A stretch of DNA of 64,000 nucleotides from Phyllobates terribilis. Taxonomy: Eukaryota. A model generated the notes under the pieces. The model saw only the letters and a list, made by a program, of their open reading frames with translations. It had not been told where the DNA came from and ran no database searches. The stretch spans positions 725,214,001 to 725,278,000 of the forward strand of contig NW_027362761.1 in the NCBI RefSeq assembly GCF_046119375.1, in the 5' to 3' direction. How positions within the stretch are numbered: position 1 is the stretch's first letter; the number at the start of each line of letters is the position of its first letter. The position numbers were made by a program, and so were the translations under genes. Below, one piece after another: positions 11,212 to 21,785 of this stretch.

Positions 11212-11463
11212 GGGCAGCATGGTGGCTCAGTTGTTAGCCCTGCAGCCTTGCAGCGCTGGGGTCCTGGGTTCAAATCCCACCAAGGACAACAGCTGCAAGG
11301 AGTTTGTATGTTCTCCCCGTGTTTGTGTGGGTTTCCTCCCACACTCCAAAGACATACTGATAGGGAATTTAGATTGTGAGCCCCAATGGGGACAATGAAG
11401 ATAAGGTATGTAAAGCGCTGCGGAATATGTTAGCGCTATATAAAAATAAAGATTATTATTATT
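11212..11463 (+). mobile_element. tRNA-derived SINE (V-SINE type)
   Basis: Pol III A box TGGCTCAGTTG, B box GGGTTCAAATCCC, V-domain-like GTGTGGGTTTCCTCCCACACTCCAAAGAC core, (ATT)n tail. Confidence 0.88.
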
Positions 11464-11657
11464 AATTTTAAAATCGGAACAGAGAAACAACTTTATATCT
11501 GAACAAGCCCTCATAGTTAAGTTTTTAAGCTTTTTGTTCAACTTGGTAATGCTCCATTTATTTTCAGTGGATAATGTACTGCCTGCAGGCTTTTTTTTAA
11601 ACCGGTTTGTGTTATTTTTGTTTGCAACGTTTTGCAAAGAATTTTTAGCGATTTTAA

Positions 11658-11800
11658 TCTATCTATATAAATAAAAATGTAAATGTTCCTTTGTTCAAAA
11701 TCTTAAATCTCTGAAAGTTCTTCACCGATTGCTTTGAAATTTTGACACAACGTTGCATTTGAATACACACATGGTTTTTATGTACCTACTATGTTTTTAT
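11658..11800 (+). mobile_element. Helitron 5' terminus (unpaired)
   Basis: A|TCTATCTATATAAATAAAAATGTAA matches the Helitron 5' end at 20393 (TCTACATAAATAAAAATGTAA). No CTAG/hairpin 3' end was seen nearby. Confidence 0.55.
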
Positions 11801-12528
11801 ATACCAGCTGTTGGATGTAAAAGCAACAGCGAGAGGGGGGTGCTACGAGCTCAGGCATAGGCTGACTTTCCCTGGCCACCCGGCATTCTCCCTCCTTAGT
11901 GACATCTCATTCATAAACCCTTCTCCCTCTACTTCATTGCCCAAGCCGCTGCCTGTGCTCTGCTCCTTTCATATCCACCGTGGGGGTTGGGGGGAAGGGG
12001 AATAATGAGACTATCTGTTCGAGGCCGAAAGACGCTGCTGCTCATCAACACCACTGCCTGAGAAGTGGCTGCCTCTGCTCTCTGGCACCACTGCTGCTGC
12101 GACTTCTTCTTCTCCGAGAGAGGCGAAGGCGCTGAGCTGGGCCCGGCCTCGCAGCAGTGGGTGGATAGCGAGCGAGTACAAATCCCACTGTGCCACCGGC
12201 GGGAGTGGCGCTGTGATCTGGCCGGTACCAGCCCGGGACATATCAAGCGGATCACCCCCTCCTCCTCTGCCGCCTGCCTTCATCTCTGCGCCCCCTCATG
12301 TCACATTCCCTGTGTACTAGGGAATCGCATAACTAGCAATCCCTGACATTACCGTCTCTACTGTGACACCTGACAGCAAGTACCGACCTCTTTAGTGACG
12401 TATGCAGAGTACAGGCCTGCCGGGGTCACAGGGTACAGGCTGCCACCATTCCTGCCTGATGTGCACAACTATCAACAGCGCCAGCAGTGCCCCATCTGCC
12501 CATCTGATATACATACTGTGTGTGTATA

Positions 12529-12559
<31 letters not shown>

Positions 12560-12585
12560 TATATACTGTGTATACTTATACTGTG

Positions 12586-14091
12586 TATACTTAACAAAAA
12601 AGTGTGAAACAACTGAAAATATGTCTTATATTCTTGGTTCTTCAAAGTAGCCACCTTTTGCTTTGATGACTGCTTTGCACACTCTTGGCATTCTCTTGAT
12701 GAGCTTCAAGAGGTAGTCACCGGAAATGATTTTCACTTCACAGGTGTGCCCTGTCAGGTTTAATAAGTGGGATTTTGTGCCTTATAAATGGGGTTGGGAC
12801 CATCAGTCGTGTTGTGCAGAAGTCAGGTGGATACACAGCTGATAGTCCTACTGAATAGACTGTTAGAATTTGTATTATGGCAAGAAAAAAGCAGCTAAGT
12901 AAAGAAAAACGAGTGGCTATCATTACTTTAAGAAATGAAGGTCAGTCAGTCCAAAAATTGGGAAAACTTTGAAAGTGTCCCCAACTGCAGTTGCAAAAAC
13001 CATCAAGCGCTACAAAGAAACTGGCTCTCATAAGGACCGCCCCAGGAAAGGAAGACCAAGAGTCACCTCTGCTTCTGAGGATAAGTTTATCCGAGTCACC
13101 AGCCTCAGAAATCGCAGGTTAACAGCAGCTCAGATTAGAGACCAGGTCAATGCCACACAGAGTTCTAGCAGCAGACACATCTCTAGAACAACTGTTAAGA
13201 GGAGACTTTGTGCAGCAGGTCTTCATGGTAAAATAGCTGCTGGGAAACCACTGCTAAGGACAGGCAACAAGCAGAAGAGACTTGTTTGGGCTAAAGAACA
13301 CAAGGAATGGACATTAGACCAGTGGAAATCTATGCTTTGGTCTGATGAGTCCAAATTTGAGATCTTTGGTTCCAACCACCGTGTCTTTGTGCGATGCAGA
13401 AAAGGTGAACGGATGGACTCTACATGCCTGGTTCCCACTGTGAAGCATGGAGGAGGAGGTGTGATGATGTGGGGGTGCTTTTCTGGTGACACTGTTGGGG
13501 ATTTATTCAAAATTGAAGGCATACTGAACCAGCATGGCTACCACAGCATCTTGCAGCGGCATGCTATTCCATCCGGTTTGCGTTTAGTTGGACCATCATT
13601 TATTTTTCAACAGGACAATGACCCCAAACACACCTCCAGGCTGTGTAAGGGCTATTTGACCAAGACGGAGAGTGATGGGGTGCTACGCCAGATGACCTGG
13701 CCTCCACAGTCACCAGACCTGAACCCAATCAAGATGGTTTGGGGTGAGCTGGACCGCAGAGTGAAGGCAAAAAGGCCAACAAGTGCTAAGCATCTCTGGG
13801 AACTCCTTCAAGATTGTTGGAAGACCATTTCCGGGGACTACCTCTTGAAGCTCATCAAGAGAATGCCAAGAGTGTGCAAAGCAGTCATCAAAGCAAAAGG
13901 TGGCTACTTTGAAGAACATACAATATAAGACATATATTCAGCTGTTTCTCACTTTTATGATAAGTATATAATTCCACATGTGTTAATTCATAGTTTTGAT
14001 GCCTTCAGTGTGAATGTACAATTTTCATAGTCATGAAAATACAGAAAAATCTTTAAATGAGAAGGTGTGTCCAAACTTTTGGTCTGTACTG
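12586..14091 (+). mobile_element. Tc1-family transposon, DD38E (Intruder-type), left TIR truncated, inactive
   Basis: Homologous to 31782-33411. Intact right end ...GGTCTGTACTG|TA. Left end starts mid-TIR next to a TG/TA microsatellite. Confidence 0.93.
12877..13928 (+). pseudogene. DD38E transposase pseudogene
   Basis: ATG at 12877, 1-bp deletion near 12950 relative to the second copy, catalytic Glu changed to Lys (SPDLNPIK). Confidence 0.9.
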
Positions 14092-14095
14092 TATA

Positions 14096-17000
14096 TCCTA
14101 CTAATATTATAAATGCGAAAGTTTGTGAGTATGTATGTTTGTTACTCTTTCACGAAAAATCTACCGGACGGATTTGCATGAAACTTTACAGTAATATAGA
14201 TTATACATCGGAATAACATATAGGCTACAATTTGTAATGATTTTATGTAATTTTGGTCGTAATATAACGATACATGTCAATTAAGTCGGAAAAAAATCTG
14301 GCCTCTGAGAGCTATCTTGGCGTACGCTGCCTAAACCGTTTGAGTTACACAAAGATGATGTACCGTAGAATTGTTTGTGTTGAATAGTTCTAAATAAAAG
14401 TCCGCGACAGCATATATCTACCTTTTATGTGGAAGCCACTATGACCAAAATTGTGAACCATAAATTTAATTAAATTAGATACTATTTTACAATTTTACAA
14501 TGCACATTTTAGTATATTTATCAAACTTTTTAGTATATTTATCAAACTCTTATATACACACATACACAGGTGATATTTAAATGGCTGATTTACAGCAGTC
14601 AGAAGAGATTGATAATACAATAATTTGCCCATAGTGGATCATTGTATAGTGAGGTCACAGTTGCTGCCTGTCCACAGTCAGAATACAGGGGTGATCATAT
14701 ACCGTTGCCAGGTACAAGTGTGGCACAGGGGGTTCACACACGACCCCCAGGGACTGACATTTCCTAGAAACTTTGGCAGCTGTCAGTCATGAGCTCACCC
14801 TGATACATTACACTCTGGAAACAGCTGAAGGGAGAAGGATAATTTATGACATTTTCTCAGACTTAAAAAAAAAAAAAAAAAAAACACAGAAAACAGCCCA
14901 TATGTCAGGAACAGGTTACTAGGGAACTACACGTCCCAGCACGGCCTGCCCGCGCCCACAGCCCGGGGGGAGTGTGAGGCTTCCTCCTGCAGTTTGCCCG
15001 GGGGCACCGGGCCGTCATTGTCCTCACACAGGGGGTCCCCGCCGCCATTGTCCCTCCACATAACACCGTATAATAAAACATGCGCTCACCTGCGCCAGCT
15101 GCTGCAGCCGGGAAAGTTCCGAGCGCCTCACCTGGGCGGAGGGGAAGTGACTCACACACGGGGAGGGGCAGTAACCTGAGCGCAGCTCCATGGAGGATGC
15201 ACACACTGCAGCCTGACAGCACCGGCAGCAGCGCTACACAAATGGCGTCCTCCCCTCCTGTGTGCAGCACAGCCCTGTGTGTGTGCAGCGCAGCATGTCA
15301 CCCACAGCACCAGCAGGCTGCTCTCAGCTCCCACAGAGCACTGGGAATGGTTACTATGGGTAACCGCGCCACAGCGGCTCCTCATAGACCAGTCATATAA
15401 AACTGATATCGTCTGTACAGCGATCGTAATATAACTAATTAGATTGTTTTATTATTTTGTTTGAACTTTACTAAGTACCTATTTTGTAATTAGTACTTAT
15501 AAAAATGCCGCGAAAGCGTAAGTCTAACATTTCCCAAAGCTCTAACAAAGCCCGAGCTATGAAAATAATTAGACGTGATGAGACGTCTCAACAAGCCGAG
15601 CAACGAAGGCTTGAGCAGGCGGTGCGTTGTGCGGCACATAGAGCTGCAGAGACTCCAAAACAATCCCAAGTCCGACGTGAACGGAATGCGAAGATTTTGG
15701 CATCTCAACGGGCTGCTGAAACTCAAGAACAGTCCCAAGCCCGACGTGAACAGCATGCGGAGTATCTGGCGTCTCAACCGGCTGCTGAAACTCCAGAACA
15801 GTCCCAAGCCCGACGTGAACAGCATGCGGAGTATCTGGCGTCTCAACGGGCTGCTGAAACTCCAGAACAGTCCCAAGCTCGACGTCAGCAGCAAGCGACT
15901 TACATGGCGTCCCAAAGAGCCACTGAAACTTATGGCCGAATCTCGCAGACGCACTGTTGCTGAAAGGGCAGCACAGCGACGTCAAACATTTACAAGAAAT
16001 ACATGGATATTGTTTAATAAAGCTGCATTTGAGTATGACGAGACTCTTGATTATGAAACTCACAAGCTTATAAAAATAGAAGCAATGACCATAGATTGCA
16101 AATATTGCAGAGCTCTTAAGTGGAAAGAGGAAGCAGCAGGTATGTGTTGTTTGGGCGGGAAAGTAGCTCTTCCTTATATAGACGAGCCAGTTCAACCTTT
16201 AAAAGAGCTTTTCTCTAATGAAACTGATGAATCTCGCCTTTTTCTAAATAATATAAGAAAATACAACATGTGCTTTCCTATGACGTCTTTTGGAGCAGAT
16301 CAAATTGTCTCAATGCCAGGGTTTTGCCCGACTTTTACAATACAAGGACAAGTATACCACCGTATCGGCTCTTTAATTCCTACGTCCATTTCGCAACCAC
16401 AATTTTTACAAGTTTATTTCATAGGTGACGAAGAAGAACAAATCAACAGGCGTACTGAGTGAAGTGCAAAGCGTATATAGAAACATAGTTAAAAAATTAC
16501 AATGAGTACTTCACGACCACAACATTTAATTTGATGCTTAAGTGTAGGCTCCTACTTCATCAGTTTCTGGTCGACATGTATGTAAAGATGGAAAGTGAGC
16601 GCTTAAGGTTCATTTCTTTAAATAAAAAAAAACTGCGCGCAGAAAATTATATTCACTTGCAAGATGCAATAAGAAATGATGCGGATTTGGATCCAAATAA
16701 CTTAGGTCAGATGGTGATTCTCCCGTCATCATTTGTAAATAGCCCGAGATACCTACACGAATAGACACAAGATGCGTTCACATACGTACGTAATTATGGG
16801 AGGCCTGATTTATTTATTACAATGACTTGCAACCCCGCTTGGCCAGAAATCACCAAAGAGCTTATGGCTGGTCAAAATTCAACGGACAGACATGACTTAA
16901 CAGCCCGAGTATTTAGAATAAAAGTACAGAAGTTGGTAGCTCTACTTACAAAAGGTAACATATTTAGTGATATGCAATGCTTCATGTACTCGATCGAGTG

Positions 17001-20000
17001 GCAAAAGCGAGGTTTGCCTCATGTTCACTTACTGCTGTGGTTAAAGGAAAAATTGCATCCGAACCAAATTGACGAAATCATATGTGCTGAGATACCAAAC
17101 CCAGAAACCGATCAAAAGCTCTATGATACAGTGACAAAGAATATGATTCACGGGCCATGTGGTACATTCAATTCTTCATCGCCATGCATGAAGGAAGGAA
17201 AATGTACCAAAAATATCCGAGGAAGCTTTTAAAAGATACTCAAACCAATGACAAAGGTTATCCTTTGTACAGGCGCAGAGCACCAGAGAATGGTGGACGC
17301 ACGACGATTATAAAAACCCGTAGAGGAACACAGGAAATATTGGTGGACAATAGCTGGGTGGTCCCATATTCTCCACTCTTATCAAAAATTTTTAATTCTC
17401 ATTTAAATGTAGAGTTCTGTAATACGGTACAGGCGATAAAATTTATTTGTAAATATATTAATAAGGGTAGCGACCAGGCTATTTTTAACATCCGCCAGTA
17501 AGGGAATGTTAACATTGACCCAAGAGATGAGGTGCAGACCTTTAGAACCGGCCGATATGTTAGTAGTAGCGAAGCAGCGTGGCGGATCTTAGGTCTGCCT
17601 CTGCACGAGAGACACCCAACCGTCACTCATCTCGCGATTCATTTACCCAATGGCGAGAGGGTTTACTTTACGGAAAATAATTTTAGAGACAGATTAGAAG
17701 CACCACCTAAAACTACACTAACTGCATTTTTCCTGTTGTGCCAAAGTGATACGTTTGCAAAAACATTACTTTACATTGATGTGCCTCGCTACTATACTTG
17801 GAATATGGCACGGAAGCAATGGAAACGTCGTTTACAAGGAACACCTGTCGATGGCTGGCCAGGTGTGAAGGCAGGAGACGCTCTAGGTCGCATTTACACG
17901 GTGCACGTTAGCAATTTTGAATGTTATTGCTTGCGTGTGCTGCTGAATGTAATAAGGGGTCCAACCAACTTCTCGGATTTAAAAACATTTGAAGGTCAAG
18001 AACTTGCAACTTTTCGGCAGGTGTGTGAGAAGATGGGGTTGTTGGAAGATGATAACCACTGGGATACCACCTTAGAAGAGGCCGTGCTATGTCACTCCCC
18101 GGCGCAAATAAGAGAGCTGTTTGCCATATTGATATGCACTTGCCATTTATCCAATCCTCTACAACTCTGGCACAAGTATAAAACTGCGTTATCAGAGGAT
18201 ATCATGCACAGATTTGAAAGAATGGATCACGTTAACGATGATCTCTGTTTCAATGAGGCGTTGGGGCTTATCGAGGACAAAATATTAATAATTTATGGAA
18301 AGAAATTGTCCGATTTTGGTCTACCCTCACCGCGGCGTAGAGGAGAGCTGTCGAACGAGTTGATAAAAGAGCTAAGCTATGATACCAACCAGTTAGACGC
18401 TCACGTTTGCGAAACTGAGCCACGTTTGCTACCTGATCAAAGAGAGATTTATCACAAAATAGTAGGACGAGTTGAGAATGGTGAAGGCGGACTTTTTTTC
18501 CTTGATGCCCCGGGTGGTACAGGAAAAACTTTCTTGCTTAATTTACTTTTAGCAAAAATTCGTAGCGGTCATAACGTTGCATTAGCTGTGGCTTCCTCTG
18601 GAATTGCTGCAACATTGCTAAGCGGTGGACGGACGGCACATTCAGTCTTTAAATTACCTCTTAATCTGGTGAACGAAGAAACCCCATCGTGTAATATCAG
18701 CAAGAGCAGCGCCCGTGGCCTCCTGTTGCAACAGTGCAAACTAATCGTGTGGGACGAGTGCACAATGTCACACAAACGCGCCATCGAAGCTCTTGATTGT
18801 TGTCTACAAGACTTACACAGTAAACAAACAATAATGGGTGGTGTGGTTGTTTCATTGGCTGGGGACTTTAGGCAAACTTTGCCTGTCATCGAGCGAGGCA
18901 CTGCAGCAGACGAAATTAACGCATGTCTGAAATCCTCATATTTATGGACCAAAGTTGAAAAGCTGCACCTCACCACCAACATGCGTGTCCAGTTATTCAG
19001 TGATCTAGAGTCGGGCGCGTTTGCTGAGAAACTGCTCGAGATCGGTGAAGGTCGAATCGAAACTGACGAAGAAGGTATGGTTCTATTCACTAACCAATTT
19101 TGTCATGTTGTGGATTCGGAAGACGCACTTATTGCTCAAGTTTTTCCAAATTTGCAACAAAACATCCACAATGAAAATTGGTTATGTGAAAGAACTATAC
19201 TAGCACCAAGAAATGAAACAGTTGCGAAAATCAATAAAATTATCTTGGACCAAGTAATCAGCGATGCAACAACCTACAACTCCATCAACACAGTCATGTC
19301 ATCTGAAGACTGTACGAGCTACCCCGTGGAGTTTCTTAACTCTTTGGAGCTATCCGGGGTCCCATCTCATAAGCTCGAATTAAAGGTCGGTATACCCGTT
19401 TTGTTAATGCGCAACTTGGACGCCCCGAGATTATGTAATGGCACTAGATTGAGAGTCACTGAACTAGGCAGGCACATTGTAAAGGCCACAATTTTAACTG
19501 GAGAAGCTAAGGGTGAAAATATTCTTATACCACGCATCCCAATAATACCCAATAACTTACCCTTTAATTTCAAACGTTTGCAGTTCCCACTTAAAGTTGC
19601 ATTTTCAATGACCATCAATAAATCGCAAGGGCAAACTTTGAAGGTAGCGGGGATACATTTAGGCGCGCCCTGGTTTTCCCACGGTCAGCTATACGTAGCT
19701 TGCTCACGTGTTTCTAAATCGCAAAATCTACATATTTTCGCTGAACGAAAGAAATCAAATAACATAGTTTACAGGAGTATATTGCAGTAAAAACACATAG
19801 ATAAATTACCTGCAGATGTCCATTATTCCAATTACATACTAATTCTTTACTAACACGAACAATATAAAACGCAAGTAACTTCAGTCCGTCCTGTTTATTA
19901 ATCAGTGTTTAGTAATCCGTTTGTGATGAAATTTGATATGGATCATTTCAAGCCTGGGGAAGGACATAGGGCTACTTTTTATAAACACACCATACAGGCG

Positions 20001-20390
20001 AAGATTATATAAAACTGTAAACCTGATTGACTGACACACCTAGCGGTCAACGCACAGCCGAAACCACTGAACTTAGCATCTTGAAATTTGCAGATAGGTT
20101 CTATTATAGCTTAAATGAGCACTAAGAAAGGAATTTTGATAATTCCACCCTCAAGAGTTTCCCTCTTAATATTATAGGGGTTCAAAGATTGTATGGAATC
20201 CGTCAGTTTTGAAGTTAGACATCTGAAATTTTGGATGTACGAGTAACTAAATAAGATTTTTTTTTTTTTACTATTAAGATTATTTTTTTTTGCTATTACG
20301 ATTATTTTATTTTACTATTAAAATGATCTGTCACGAAACTTAATGTGACAGACCAAATTCCACGCGAGCGAAGCCGCGGGTAAAAGCTAG
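14096..20390 (+). mobile_element. Helitron, decayed autonomous (RepHel)
   Basis: A|TCCTACTAATATTATAAATGCG 5' end; hairpin CGCGAGCGAAGCCGCG followed by CTAG|T at 20387-20391; Rep and PIF1 coding remnants. Confidence 0.93.
15505..19790 (+). pseudogene. Helitron Rep-helicase (HUH endonuclease plus PIF1 helicase), frameshifted; helicase part still open (17532-19790)
   Basis: Rep motifs TCNPAW, EWQKRGLPHVH, FICKYINKG; helicase motifs DAPGGTGKT, WDECTM, GDFRQTLP, LTTNMR, TINKSQGQT, HGQLYVACSR; N-terminal 23-aa (69-bp) repeats. Confidence 0.95.
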
Positions 20391-20392
20391 TA

Positions 20393-21008
20393 TCTACATA
20401 AATAAAAATGTAAGTGTGGTGCAGAAGTCTCATTGACAGTTACAGGAATCGTTTGATTGCAGTGATTGCCTCAAAAGGTTGTTCAACAAAATATTAAGTT
20501 AAGAGTACCATCATTTCTGTCCAGGCCTATTTCATGAGTTTAATTTTATTTTTTTTAATTCTGTGGAAGCAGGGTTGAAAAGCAATGTCTGACTTTCATT
20601 TGTTCATTTCCATAGATTTTTAATTTCTTATTACTTTTGTCAGATTCAAGTTATTTCTGAGACCATTGTGGGTTTTTCTTTCATTAAATGAGGGGTACCA
20701 ACAATTTTGACCACGTGTGTATATATTACAATTCCCAATTCGATTGACGTTTGCAATCCCCATCAACAAAGCTCAGGGCCAATCTTTAGAATTGTGCTGT
20801 TTAAATCTAGACACGGATTGCTTCTCACATGGACAATCATATTTTGCATGCTCTAGAGTCGGCAAACCAGACAATCTCTATATCAACACTGACAATGGAA
20901 CAACAAAAAATATTGTAGAAAAAGATTTTAGAAACGTGAGCTTTCTCTTTTCTTTCTTTTCCATTTAACCAGACTGAGCCACAGCAACGCGTGACCGGGT
21001 ACAGCTAG
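20393..21008 (+). mobile_element. Short non-autonomous Helitron carrying a Tc1 3' fragment and a PIF1 C-terminal fragment
   Basis: A|TC start; GCCACAGCAACGCGTGAC hairpin and CTAG|T end; Tc1 C-terminus LIAVIASKGCSTKY* plus TIR (about 20417-20719); INKAQGQ..FSHGQ..CSRVG (20717-20968). Confidence 0.75.
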
Positions 21009-21785
21009 TATATTAATAAATGTTTTTAACTTACATATTTGAAAGGGCGCCTTCCAATACATGGCCAAGGTATATGCCTATATTAGCTGTATAGTCTACC
21101 CTCAACTACTATTTAAAAAAATATATATTCTTCATTTTTTTCTGCATATAGTTGTATTATAAAACATAGTTAAGAATGTCGATAAATAGACATTTTTCTA
21201 ATTATCTATAAAAAAAAGATTGTGAAAACACACAACCTCACATTGTGTGAAGAAAGCCAAACAATTAGTATGATCTTAATGTCTTATTACATTTTGAAGA
21301 AAAAGACACATTTTAAATCACAAAGATCTCTAGCCATATGGGGGTTAAATCAGAACAAAGTGGACACTTGAGTTAGATGAGCAAGACAAGGAATCCATTA
21401 GTTTCATCGTCTCATGAAATAACACAAAACAGGTAAGCTTGAAGATCAATTCATTTTAACAGCTATGCATTGGCTAAATTGATTTGCATTTTTATGCAGA
21501 AAAGAGACAATCAATAAGAAATGCAGATTTAATACCATGTTTCTATATTTCTACAACTAACGTTGATTTGTCTGATTTAATAGTTAATTCAAGGAATAAA
21601 GGAGTTTAATTTCCAGAACTACATTTTTGTTATATTCAGAAAATCCCATTTTCCAAACAAAAGTTGTTTAATAAAAAAATGTTCCACAATATTTCATATT
21701 ATAAAGCCCTTTCTTTCAAGATCTGAACACATCTTTCTATCTCTCATTTTCAAAAATGTTTTAGGTTGGCTTACTGATATGATGA

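Noticed and set aside
11212-11290. tRNA gene
   Set aside because: A and B boxes are present, but they continue into a SINE core and (ATT)n tail, with no cloverleaf or terminator.
17532-19790. Host PIF1 helicase gene
   Set aside because: Intronless, preceded by Rep HUH motifs and bounded by Helitron termini.
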